Source: a virus
Taxonomy: Duplodnaviria; Caudoviricetes
Virus record (IMG/VR): IMGVR_UViG_3300044267_006233
Span: 1-28,467 of that record
Reading direction: 5' to 3' (one strand)
DNA: 28,467 bases
Position numbers and translations under genes: made by a program. Shown one piece after another: positions 18,717 through 27,374 of the stretch. The first letter of the stretch is position 1. Each line of letters starts with the position of its first letter. A model generated the notes under the pieces. It was not told the DNA's origin, did no database searches, and saw only the letters and a program-made list of their open reading frames with translations.

Positions 18717-19514
18717 TTAGTCGTCTTCCCAATCTGCTTTTTTACCAGACTGTTCTAACGCAGGATTGTTGCTCTTTGCGCCAGGACCACCAATTTGGTC
18801 CATGCCGCCTTTTGCAACGTGCTTAGAGAACTCTTCTGCTTCTGCAAAAAGGTCCTTTTCGCTCTCCTCAAGCATCCGCTCCTGTGTGATGTTATAGCTA
18901 TACCAACTACCACGATCATTGGACTCTACTTGAGTGGATAAACGATACCAGTGAGAGTACGCAGGTGGAGTAAACATCCCCTTAGCACCCTTTAGTTTCG
19001 TTCCTTGGATCATAGTGTTCCAAGCACGAGAGTGTTTTAGTTGCGATCCTGTCATATTGATTACACACTTTTGAGGTGTTTCATCAACGAGCGCGTAGCC
19101 ATAGTGATTAGCCGTCACTGTCAGTTGGGTTTCCCCTCCTGGAGTGATTAATCGACCTTGACTATCGCGTGTGCACCGATTTAAAAGATCGGAGTCAGCG
19201 GGATGTACAGCCTTTATGCCTCCACCTTTCTCACGCAACCCCCACTCAACGAGTGTTTTGGTGTAGTAAGCCGGTAAAAACAGAAGGCCTTCATCGCCAC
19301 TAATGACGATGTTGGTTCCGCTATAATACAAATCCCCTTCTTCCGCATCTGGGTTATAGTCACTAGACGTTTTTTGTCTTTGTGGAGACAGCGCCTGAAC
19401 TATACTCAAACGAGGTGTGCGAAGGTCATCTGCACTTACATCTCCGAAGCCTTTTTCTTCGATGTTTTCAAATAGGGACGTTATGGATGTCCCATTTCCT
19501 TTCTTCGTTGCCAT
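18717..19514 (-). CDS. Putative ssDNA-binding/annealing protein, 265 aa
   Basis: Lies in the replication operon, has a conserved-looking 'DLRTPRLSIVQALSPQ', a beta-rich core and a flexible tail ending in acidic/aromatic 'DWEDD', as phage SSBs do. Confidence 0.55.
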   Translation of the reverse strand: MATKKGNGTSITSLFENIEEKGFGDVSADDLRTPRLSIVQALSPQRQKTSSDYNPDAEEGDLYYSGTNIVISGDEGLLFLPAYYTKTLVEWGLREKGGGIKAVHPADSDLLNRCTRDSQGRLITPGGETQLTVTANHYGYALVDETPQKCVINMTGSQLKHSRAWNTMIQGTKLKGAKGMFTPPAYSHWYRLSTQVESNDRGSWYSYNITQERMLEESEKDLFAEAEEFSKHVAKGGMDQIGGPGAKSNNPALEQSGKKADWEDD

Positions 19515-19536
19515 ATCTTGGTTCCTCTTTATTCGT

Positions 19537-20106
19537 TCAACGGTTTATTTTTGTGCGTTTGCCTGTGTACACAGAGAATTTCTTCTGTATGTCTACATCA
19601 AACGATGAATTACCCGATTCGATCATTTCTCTTACGAAAGCTCGAAGGGTGCTTGGATGAACTGCTTCCTTAGTTTCGGGTAAGTACCCTTCTTTAGAAA
19701 GCATTTCTACCAATCTGGAAGCGTCAGCATCTTCGCCTTGGCCAAAAGAAACAGTTAGGGTGTTCTTTATAATGTCCCCATGACCGTTGTCTCTTAACCA
19801 ATCGTGCGCTGCCTCCAGGTTGGCGGCAGTAATGCGTGCGCTGTAAAATGGATCTGCTGAAATTCGTGATCCGTCACTGAGTTTTAGATCAGAAACGCCG
19901 AGTTCAGCTAATTTATCTGGAATAGTTTGCTCAGAAAGTTCTCTGTGCTGATCTTTTATTTTTCTCAGCCTTTCTTCTGTGTTCCCTATTTCTCCCTCTA
20001 GGACCAGTAAATCGTGACACAACTTACTTAGACTTTTTATAGCAGGTTCGTCCATGTCCTCAACTGCTTTTTTGATGTTTTCTTCAAACATTTCGTTCAT
20101 CTTCAT
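19537..20106 (-). CDS. Conserved replication-module hypothetical protein, 189 aa
   Basis: N-terminal coiled coil, then 'AHDWLRDNGHGDIIKN' and 'VHPSTLRAFVRE', a pattern I recognise next to SSB-like genes in PolA/SNF2 phages. Confidence 0.7.
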   Translation of the reverse strand: MKMNEMFEENIKKAVEDMDEPAIKSLSKLCHDLLVLEGEIGNTEERLRKIKDQHRELSEQTIPDKLAELGVSDLKLSDGSRISADPFYSARITAANLEAAHDWLRDNGHGDIIKNTLTVSFGQGEDADASRLVEMLSKEGYLPETKEAVHPSTLRAFVREMIESGNSSFDVDIQKKFSVYTGKRTKINR

Positions 20107-20408
20107 TTTTTCTTCCCCTTATTTATAGGTATTATGTTATTCGGTACTCGTTCTTCTTCTTTATCTAAATTTATTTCAAATTCTGGTATGAAAAAAATTA
20201 GTCCCTCGTTATTTACTTCGACGACTTCAACAGATTCTTCTGGTTGGTCTAAGACGGAGTACACATATCTTAGTGTTTCGTCTAAACTAGCGAAAGGGCC
20301 TATTGATTCGCGTAAGTTTTTTTCAAAAGGAGCAAAGTTTATAAACCATCTATTTTTTCTGTCGCTACAGACTTCTATTTTGGTTGTCGTTCTTCGTTCC
20401 TTATTCAT
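20103..20408 (-). CDS. Hypothetical protein, 101 aa (start moved from 20486 to the ATG at 20408)
   Basis: The ORF-track start overlaps the divergent promoter and the SNF2 start. MNKERRTT begins just downstream of the minus-strand promoter and overlaps the next gene by ATGA. Confidence 0.6.
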   Translation of the reverse strand: MNKERRTTTKIEVCSDRKNRWFINFAPFEKNLRESIGPFASLDETLRYVYSVLDQPEESVEVVEVNNEGLIFFIPEFEINLDKEEERVPNNIIPINKGKKK

Positions 20409-20410
20409 AA

Positions 20411-20450
20411 CTTGCACTAAGCATATACTATATGTAGAATAGATTGCAAG
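20411..20450. promoter_or_regulatory. Overlapping divergent sigma70-type promoters
   Basis: Plus strand: TTGCAC (20412-17), 17 bp, TAGAAT (20435-40). Minus strand: TTGCAA (20449-44), 18 bp, TATGCT (20425-20). CTTGCA...TGCAAG inverted arms flank the region. Confidence 0.65.
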
Positions 20451-20476
20451 AAATATTTTAATAAAGAACGAAGGAT

Positions 20477-21934
20477 ATGAAAACAATGGATATAGAAACT
20501 TATAAATTCAAAACCGAACCTTACGAGCACCAAATGGAGACTCTTGCCAGGAGTGCTCATAAAAATCTCTATGCACTTTTCCTTGAGATGGGCCTTGGCA
20601 AATCAAAAATCTTATTAGATAACGCCGGTATGCTCTTCGAGCAAGGAAAAATATCTGGTCTGCTAATTATAACACCAAAAGGTAATTTAAGGAACTGGGA
20701 CACACATGAGATCAACAAGCATTTACCTGATCGCATAGAGAGAAATGTTCTGGTATGGCAACCCAATCACACTAAGCAATGGACCAGGGACTACGATAAA
20801 ATGGTTAAAGAGGACAGTGACGGTGTTCTAAATGTTTTTCTAGTAAACGTCGAAGCCTTTGCAACAGTTAAGGCATGTAAATTTGTTGAAGAGTTTTTGG
20901 TAACACACGATGTAATGATGGCGATTGATGAATCCACTACGATAAAGAATCCGAAAGCCAAGAGAACGAAACATTTAATTAAGCTGGCTCCTCTAGCTGA
21001 TTACCGAAGAATCCTAACAGGGTTCCCCATTACCAAAGCCCCTCTTGACCTGTACTCACAGTGTTATTTTCTGTCGCCTAACTTGTTGGGGTTTTCTAGC
21101 TACTATGCGTTTAGTGCAAGGTATGCGATCACCCAGGCACGCAGAATGGGCGCTCATTCTTTCCAGCAAATTGTTGGTTTTCAAAAACTTGAAGAGCTCC
21201 AACAATCTATTAAAGACTTTTCAATCCGTAAAACGAAAGACCAATGCCTGGATCTTCCTGCCAAAGTATATACAAAGCGTTATGTCGAACTAACGGACGA
21301 GCAAAAGAAAGCTTATGGCACCATGAAACAAAAAGCATTGATGATCTTGGAAGACGAAGTGTTTAGCACCATGAATGTACTGACACAGATTATGCGACTG
21401 CAACAGGTGGTCGCAGGTAGTCTGCGTAACGAAGAGGGTGAAACGATTGTCTTGAAAAACAACAGAGTCCGTGCGGTGCTGGACCTATTAGAAGAAACTT
21501 CTGGAAAGGTGGTTGTTTTTGCGGTGTTTCAAACCGATATACAACAATTAGAAAAGGCTATTGCTGCAAAATTTGGTGAAAGATCTGTGGCCTCTTATTA
21601 TGGTAAGACGCCCCAGGACGACAGACAGCGGATTATTGATAAGTTCCAAGATCCCGACAGCGAGCTACGCTATTTTATTTCTAATCCACAAACAGGCGGT
21701 CGCGGTATTACTTTAACAGAGGCCAGCACCATGATCTTTTATTCTAATTCCTATGACCTAGAGCTGAGAGTCCAGGCAGAGGATCGTATTCACAGAATCG
21801 GGCAAGATAAAAGCTGTACCTATGTTGATCTGGTGTCCAAGGACACCGTTGATGAAAAAATTCTTCAAAACCTTTTAAGCAAAGTTAAAATTAGCAACGA
21901 GGTTCTTGGAGAAATACGCAACTGGTTTAAATAA
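20477..21934 (+). CDS. SNF2-family (SF2) helicase, 485 aa
   Basis: PYEHQ, LFLEMGLGKS, IDEST, ILTGFP, GRGITLT, QAEDRIHRIGQ. Confidence 0.95.
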   Translation: MKTMDIETYKFKTEPYEHQMETLARSAHKNLYALFLEMGLGKSKILLDNAGMLFEQGKISGLLIITPKGNLRNWDTHEINKHLPDRIERNVLVWQPNHTKQWTRDYDKMVKEDSDGVLNVFLVNVEAFATVKACKFVEEFLVTHDVMMAIDESTTIKNPKAKRTKHLIKLAPLADYRRILTGFPITKAPLDLYSQCYFLSPNLLGFSSYYAFSARYAITQARRMGAHSFQQIVGFQKLEELQQSIKDFSIRKTKDQCLDLPAKVYTKRYVELTDEQKKAYGTMKQKALMILEDEVFSTMNVLTQIMRLQQVVAGSLRNEEGETIVLKNNRVRAVLDLLEETSGKVVVFAVFQTDIQQLEKAIAAKFGERSVASYYGKTPQDDRQRIIDKFQDPDSELRYFISNPQTGGRGITLTEASTMIFYSNSYDLELRVQAEDRIHRIGQDKSCTYVDLVSKDTVDEKILQNLLSKVKISNEVLGEIRNWFK

Positions 21935-21947
21935 GGTATACTGAGTT

Positions 21948-22205
21948 ATGGCTTCTTATAAAAAATACTTAAAAAACCCGGCTACACAAACAACGGTTGA
22001 CGACATTCTTGCGGACCTTTTACCTATTGTTAAATCGCACTGCGAACGAGACGATGTTGCTCCTTGGGACATGGCAACAGCCTTAGTGGTCCTGTTGTCT
22101 TCGCTAACAAGCAGTTCTGATTTGGACAAAGAGGTCTTGATTCAGTTGACCACATTCATTATGGAAACGACGACGGACCAAGGACTTTTCTCAACCAAAC
22201 ATTAG
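21948..22205 (+). CDS. Hypothetical protein, 85 aa (apparently leaderless)
   Basis: Fills the gap between SNF2 and the large ORF. TATACT lies 5 nt before the ATG and there is no properly spaced SD. Confidence 0.65.
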   Translation: MASYKKYLKNPATQTTVDDILADLLPIVKSHCERDDVAPWDMATALVVLLSSLTSSSDLDKEVLIQLTTFIMETTTDQGLFSTKH

Positions 22206-22220
22206 GTGTATTATAGGGGT

Positions 22221-25200
22221 ATGGCAACGTCCCCTAAAGATACAAGCCTTTCTTCCGCTTTTCGATACGCAATAGATCAACCTCTGGAGAACATGGCAAC
22301 CACTTTCCAAGCCCTTGGTATGAAGGACTGGGAAAAGTTTATGCGAGATATTATTGAAGAACCGGAGAACTACGAGGCAGCAGCTGGAGAGTTTATCAAC
22401 GCCCAGGGCGAAGGGTTTAATTGGGAGTATTTTCCAAGAGCAGTGTTTGAACAAGCAGGACAAATTGCGGGTTCTATACTAGCCAGGGGCGGCGGAGGCG
22501 GTCTTGGTTTTCTCGCAGGAGGTCCAGGAGGGGCTCTTGCGGGTGCTTTTATCGGTCCAGCTTTATTTGAGGCTATACAGATTGCCGGTCCTGTTGCTAT
22601 GGAAAGAGCAAGCAGAGCCGATCCACCAAGAGCAGAACCGAATTGGGATGATTGGAAAGGCGCATTAAGCACCTCTGCTTTTTCAGGGGTTCTAAACGCT
22701 TTTGGTATTAGAGGTGTGGGTGTGCTTAATGACATTGGTAGGGGCACTATTAAACAAGCTGGAAAACAAGTTGTTAAAGGAGGAGTATCAGAAGGTGTAA
22801 CTGAAGGGTTCCAAGGGCTTACAGAACAGGTCGGTGGTACAGCGAGAACGGCCCAAGGACTAGAAATAAACCCTAAAGCAGCGTTTGGAGAAGGTTTATT
22901 GGGTGCCGGTGCAGGAACAGGCACACAGGTTGGTACAGAAATACTTGGACAAGTGGCTCCTCCGACCCAGGACGGCACACTTTATTCTAATCCGTTTACG
23001 AGACTCTTTGGTAAAAAGGAAGAAGCAGAAGAAGCTCCCGAACCCACGGCTGTTCCAGAAGAAACACCCCCTCAAATAGAAGACCAAAGAGATCCTGAGC
23101 AGGTTTTAATGGAGCAGTTGTACGGCGAGCTAGAAACAGAGGCCCAAAAAATACCTACGTTGAGAAAATACTTGGATCCAGTGACGCTTAGAGGCTCGTT
23201 GATTAGTGGTCCAGAAACAGAAGCTGCGAAAGCATGGGACGAAGATGTAATAAACACAGCCTACGAAGGCCTTGCTCAAGAAATCGAAAAGGAGTTTGAG
23301 GCTACAGACGTTCCTAAAGAGAACAGGGGCCCAATACTTCAAGATGTCTTAGACGGTGTAAAAAGAGAACAGGATTTGTACGTCACATCTGATTTAATTT
23401 GGGATGAGGGCATAACGCCTGATAATATGTTTAGAACACAGGACATATTATTTGGCTTGGTAAAGCCTAAAATAGCTGAGCTTAGCGCAGAGGTTGAGCC
23501 TGCGGTGGAGGAAACAAACCTTTTTGAACCCGACGAGTACACACGTCCTATGTACAATGCACCCAATTTTACGAACTCTTCTTCTGAATCTGGAGCAGTA
23601 ATAACAACCGATGTGCCAGTAGGCCGTGTTAATAGAGTGATGAGCGATCCCAGTATTGGTTTATACATGGGAGAACCAAACAAGCTTGGTTTCTACCCCG
23701 ACAAAATTGATCCAAAAACATTGGGACACAGTGTTCTTAGAAAACATTTGCTGGCAGTGAAGAGCGACGGAACCTCCCGTTACGGTGTACAAGGGGTTAC
23801 AAAACCTGGAAACCCCGACAAGCTTTTTAAATCTTTGTTCCTGGACAAAAATGAGCTGGGTTTTCCGATTCCTAAAAAAGGAGTAAGCGCTAAAAATAAA
23901 AAGATTGCTCTTCAGGCAATTTCAACCGGTGTTGCTCAAAGACTTTTAGACTTAAAAACTCAAGGACGAACTGTTGAGGTTGCCGAATTAGACCGGATCA
24001 TAGATGATTACTACTCTCGATTCCAACACGTTCACCTTACAGACGGAAACCCAGCTGCTCTCGAAGAATCAAGACAGAGAATAGCAGATGAAACACGTTC
24101 TTGGGCTCCGCCTCCATCAACACCGGATATGGAGCGGCTTGAAGCCAGGTTCCTTGGAAAAAAATCGGTGGACGTCATGTACGAAGAATTAATGCGGTCC
24201 CCTCTTTTTGAAAACCAAGAACCAGAAGTTAGTGAGTTTCTTGCAAACTACTACTCTCCTGGTGTATACAACTCGATTTATGAGGACTTAATTGATATAG
24301 CCGAAGGCAACGCTTCTGCACAACAAAGAAACGACGCCATATATAATAATTTTACTTTTGACCCTGGGGTGTCTCCTCAGTGGTTGACAGAAGCCCAGTA
24401 CGCAGAAATAGAAAACAAGATTTATCCAAAATATCGAGAAAGAATGGAGAGCTTTATTGATAAAGAACTGCCAGCCGTCACTCCTTTATTAGCTCCTGGA
24501 AAAATAGAAGAGGGTGCCTGGGAAAACGTTGCTGGGACCCGACACAAAGGAATACAGCTTGAAGACTATTCGCAAGGGAAATACTCAGAAGGGTTTCCTG
24601 GTAAAGACATTTGGGAAACCAGGGAATTTAGAGAGGGGAGAATAGAGAACCCATATTATTTTAAACCCAAAGAGTCTGTAATCGGAACAGGGATAAACGA
24701 CGAGATTTGGTATTCCTTTAACCCTCGGTTGTCTAAAGAAAAAGAGGCGGAGGCAGGACTGTCTTTAGATGCAAGAAGAAGCGACCCAAGACATTATGAT
24801 AAGTCTATGGGCGGTCACGCTATTTTGCCTGGCACGTTAGGCTGGACAAGAGGAATTATGGGAGAGTTTGGACCAGGGCTGTATGGAAAAATGATTGGAG
24901 AGTTTCAGCAAGACGTATATAGGCAGGGCCAGAAGGGAGGACCTGACGCGCTCAGAGACATGCGCTTTAGAAGTCTGACAGGAGAAGCAAAGCTTACCCC
25001 TAGTGAAAAAGTCTCGCAGAAAAAACTAGACAACATTGAGAACGCTTTGAACAACGTTTTCGGACGTGGCGGGAGCGTATATGAATCAGCGCTTTTCGCA
25101 CCGTTTATGCAGTTGGAAAGAGACACAGGGGTAAAAGGAGAGTTTAGCTCCCCTGATGAATACGCCTTGGACCCAGATCGTTACCCCCGATATATACTTA

Positions 25201-26294
25201 AAGACCTGCCTGCACGAAGAAACGGTTTTCTTCGTAGAATACCTGGGATTGGGGACGCTAGAAAAGAGTTTAGCTCCCCGGAGTTTCGTATGGCCCAAGC
25301 GCGGTTTTATAGAGGGCTCCCTGACCAAGGAATGAATATAATACCTGGTGGAGATTCCATGAGTACCCGTCTTTTAAAAAACATTGCAGATCAAATGAAC
25401 TCCGCTAAGATTAATGGCAGGCTTCAGCGCACAAGGGACCGAATTTACGGCGACTGGTTGTTGGAATCACAGCCTTTCCGTGTACTAGGAAGAGAGTTAA
25501 ATGAACAAGATATAGCAACCCATTTAAGGCCCAAGGAAGGACCATACGACAAATGGGGTGGTAATTGGCTGGAGTTTTTTGGACCCGCCATAGAAGACTC
25601 GGAAATACAATCAAAAGTGGCTGATGTAGAAAGCGTACGGCCTTTTATAGACCATCTTGTTTATCAACAAAGCGCGCCGTTTATTCTGGAGGAAGCGCGC
25701 CCCTGGGCTATGGAACAAATCCGAAGCGAGATGAACAGTGAGAACTTTGACGTTGAGGTAGCTCCTGTCATTGATGCGCTAATGAATCCTGATGAAAACC
25801 TTACAGACGAAAAGATCAAGAAACTAGAGAAAAAGGAAGAGACCGGAGACATACGACCGGAAAACATTATTCCCGATGTTCCTCATCAAGGAACAACGTA
25901 CGGTGCAGAAGGAGAGATTGCGAAGGATATGCTGCACAGAGAAATCTACGAACTGTTGACTACCTATCCAGACGCAAACGTCCTTGGTTTGCAACGTTAT
26001 GGAACATCGGGGTCTCCCGGATCCATGTATAAGGCTGGGCTTGCTGAAGCTAAGAAGCTGGCCGCTGAAAACCCTTCCATTTCTATAGTGAAAATTGCTG
26101 AGTTTCCAATAACTCGGCGGGAAGGAAGAGAAACTGTGCAAAGGATGCAAGAAATTTGGCTACTTATTGTGGGGGACGTAAGAGAAAATATTATTTTGGA
26201 CGGCGGTGTTGAAGGAATGATGAAAGGGGGATTGGTTAAGAAAGCAACGAATCAAGTATTGAATTATGGAGACTACGGAAGACGATATATCTAG
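22221..26294 (+). CDS. Second large ejection/polyvalent-type protein, ~1357 aa (ATG 22221 preferred to GTG 22206)
   Basis: The N-terminal ~250 aa parallel the 1910-aa protein (YAID/RAID, Gly-Ala hydrophobic stretch, EGVTEGFQ/EGVTEASQ). It also has an internal 'GWTR..GEFQQD..RQG' motif and a C-terminal GMMKGGLV motif. Confidence 0.65.
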   Translation: MATSPKDTSLSSAFRYAIDQPLENMATTFQALGMKDWEKFMRDIIEEPENYEAAAGEFINAQGEGFNWEYFPRAVFEQAGQIAGSILARGGGGGLGFLAGGPGGALAGAFIGPALFEAIQIAGPVAMERASRADPPRAEPNWDDWKGALSTSAFSGVLNAFGIRGVGVLNDIGRGTIKQAGKQVVKGGVSEGVTEGFQGLTEQVGGTARTAQGLEINPKAAFGEGLLGAGAGTGTQVGTEILGQVAPPTQDGTLYSNPFTRLFGKKEEAEEAPEPTAVPEETPPQIEDQRDPEQVLMEQLYGELETEAQKIPTLRKYLDPVTLRGSLISGPETEAAKAWDEDVINTAYEGLAQEIEKEFEATDVPKENRGPILQDVLDGVKREQDLYVTSDLIWDEGITPDNMFRTQDILFGLVKPKIAELSAEVEPAVEETNLFEPDEYTRPMYNAPNFTNSSSESGAVITTDVPVGRVNRVMSDPSIGLYMGEPNKLGFYPDKIDPKTLGHSVLRKHLLAVKSDGTSRYGVQGVTKPGNPDKLFKSLFLDKNELGFPIPKKGVSAKNKKIALQAISTGVAQRLLDLKTQGRTVEVAELDRIIDDYYSRFQHVHLTDGNPAALEESRQRIADETRSWAPPPSTPDMERLEARFLGKKSVDVMYEELMRSPLFENQEPEVSEFLANYYSPGVYNSIYEDLIDIAEGNASAQQRNDAIYNNFTFDPGVSPQWLTEAQYAEIENKIYPKYRERMESFIDKELPAVTPLLAPGKIEEGAWENVAGTRHKGIQLEDYSQGKYSEGFPGKDIWETREFREGRIENPYYFKPKESVIGTGINDEIWYSFNPRLSKEKEAEAGLSLDARRSDPRHYDKSMGGHAILPGTLGWTRGIMGEFGPGLYGKMIGEFQQDVYRQGQKGGPDALRDMRFRSLTGEAKLTPSEKVSQKKLDNIENALNNVFGRGGSVYESALFAPFMQLERDTGVKGEFSSPDEYALDPDRYPRYILKDLPARRNGFLRRIPGIGDARKEFSSPEFRMAQARFYRGLPDQGMNIIPGGDSMSTRLLKNIADQMNSAKINGRLQRTRDRIYGDWLLESQPFRVLGRELNEQDIATHLRPKEGPYDKWGGNWLEFFGPAIEDSEIQSKVADVESVRPFIDHLVYQQSAPFILEEARPWAMEQIRSEMNSENFDVEVAPVIDALMNPDENLTDEKIKKLEKKEETGDIRPENIIPDVPHQGTTYGAEGEIAKDMLHREIYELLTTYPDANVLGLQRYGTSGSPGSMYKAGLAEAKKLAAENPSISIVKIAEFPITRREGRETVQRMQEIWLLIVGDVRENIILDGGVEGMMKGGLVKKATNQVLNYGDYGRRYI

Positions 26295-26430
26295 GGAAAA
26301 AGCGGCTTTATATTGGTATAACCAAGGTTATAGAGAGGAGGCTTTGCACCAAAAAATAGAAGAGACGATGGAACAAGGACGCCTCGTTGACGAGGGCCAT
26401 ATTACTTGTGCAGGCGGGGTTTGCGACTAG
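26266..26430 (+). CDS. 54-aa acidic protein ending in CAGGVCD; not in the ORF track
   Basis: Manual translation: METTEDDISREKAALYWYNQGYREEALHQKIEETMEQGRLVDEGHITCAGGVCD*. It overlaps the previous gene by 29 nt and has protein-like composition. Confidence 0.55.
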   Translation: METTEDDISREKAALYWYNQGYREEALHQKIEETMEQGRLVDEGHITCAGGVCD

Positions 26431-26536
26431 CTATAATAGGCATGTAGTTTTTAGGGTTCGACAAGCCTTTGTTGAACCTGGGTATCAACCAACCTATTAT
26501 TCTTATTTTTCTTATTAAGTCTTTCATTCTCTTTCC

Positions 26537-26566
26537 AATAAAATCGGGGGAGTTATTTCCCCCGAT
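26537..26566 (-). terminator. Rho-independent terminator of the leftward operon
   Basis: 9-bp stem ATCGGGGGA (26543-51) / TCCCCCGAT (26558-66) with a 6-nt loop, followed on the minus strand by UUUAUU. Confidence 0.75.
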
Positions 26567-26573
26567 CTACACC

Positions 26574-26697
26574 TGGGCCGTTCCTCAACGCGCAAACATC
26601 TCTTCTCGACCCATATGTTCTTTAAAGTCCCATTGTTTATGTCTGCAATTTTATCGACGTACGCTGACACCACACACATAAACTACCGAACTGGGAC
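26574..26697 (-). ncRNA. Candidate structured RNA (two hairpins) just upstream of the terminator
   Basis: Stems GUCCCA/UGGGAC (26697-92/26632-27), GUUUAUGU/ACAUAAAC (26683-76/26642-35) and UGGGUCG/CGGCCCA (26613-07/26580-74). G-U pairs favour the minus strand. Confidence 0.3.
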
Positions 26698-26718
26698 CAA
26701 ATCCGTCTTAACAAGGCG

Positions 26719-27039
26719 TCAGCTACTCAAAAACTCTGAGTGTTTCTTGGGATCATCGACCACGACCACCCATTCTAAGGTGCCGTTGTCGTCCCACTGC
26801 ATTAAAACTGCCCCTAGACACGCTGTCATGTCTAGCTCATTAAAAATTTTATAGGCCGTGAGCGCGGTTAATTGATCCGAGTAGAAGTGCATCACGGATT
26901 TGCTCTTGCCATTGGGCATTTCGCCTTTGTATATTTCAGTTAGGTTAAAATCGTCTGTGAACAACGTACAAGTGTGCGATAAGAAATCAGCGTCTTCTTT
27001 GTTGTAATAGACAAGTGTTATTGGATCGCTATTGCTCAT
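26719..27039 (-). CDS. Hypothetical protein, 106 aa (start moved to the ATG at 27039)
   Basis: SD-like AAGGAAAGGA precedes MSNSDPITL. This start gives an 11-nt overlap with the upstream gene instead of 95 nt. Confidence 0.65.
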   Translation of the reverse strand: MSNSDPITLVYYNKEDADFLSHTCTLFTDDFNLTEIYKGEMPNGKSKSVMHFYSDQLTALTAYKIFNELDMTACLGAVLMQWDDNGTLEWVVVVDDPKKHSEFLSS

Positions 27040-27373
27040 ATTTCCTTTCCTTTCCTTTTTCTTTAAGTAAATCAAGTAGGGGCTTGAGTTTATCCCAGGT
27101 TGTTTTCTGTGGGTTTTTGCCATGAAGGGTAAAATCCTTCAGGGTTCTGTAATCAACACTAATTAAAACCCCAATTGTTTTCCAAACATCTATTTCGTTG
27201 ACTTTTCCTGTCTGTTTTTTACAAAGATGTGCGTGAAAATCTTTAAGCAACTCTCTATAAGCATGGTAGATGTCGCTTTTTTCAAAGTAGCCGTTGTCGT
27301 AAAGAAACTTAAATCTTTCTTCTAAAGAGTTTCCTTTGATAATAAATCTAGTTTGTCCGTTTTGTTCGTACAT
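27029..27373 (-). CDS. Hypothetical protein with possible Cro/XRE-like HTH, 114 aa
   Basis: The C-terminal half 'VWKTIGVLISVDYRTLKDFTLHGKNPQKTTWDKL' fits the XRE HTH spacing pattern. Confidence 0.55.
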   Translation of the reverse strand: MYEQNGQTRFIIKGNSLEERFKFLYDNGYFEKSDIYHAYRELLKDFHAHLCKKQTGKVNEIDVWKTIGVLISVDYRTLKDFTLHGKNPQKTTWDKLKPLLDLLKEKGKERKYEQ

Positions 27374-27374
27374 C

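Noticed and set aside
12768-18731. Similar acidic-Trp C-termini (PWED, KEWE, DWEDD) in the large virion protein, primase and SSB-like protein
   Set aside because: Too short to distinguish from chance, and two of the three lie in gene overlaps that constrain the sequence.
25139-25279. 15-bp direct repeat agagtttagctcccc (EFSSP x2), 126 bp apart
   Set aside because: The repeat is real, but a single short in-frame duplication with no further pattern gives no basis for a functional claim.
26402-26527. 41-aa minus-strand ORF MKDLIRKIRIIG...
   Set aside because: It is short, starts downstream of the minus-strand terminator, overlaps the convergent 54-aa ORF and has no recognisable motif.
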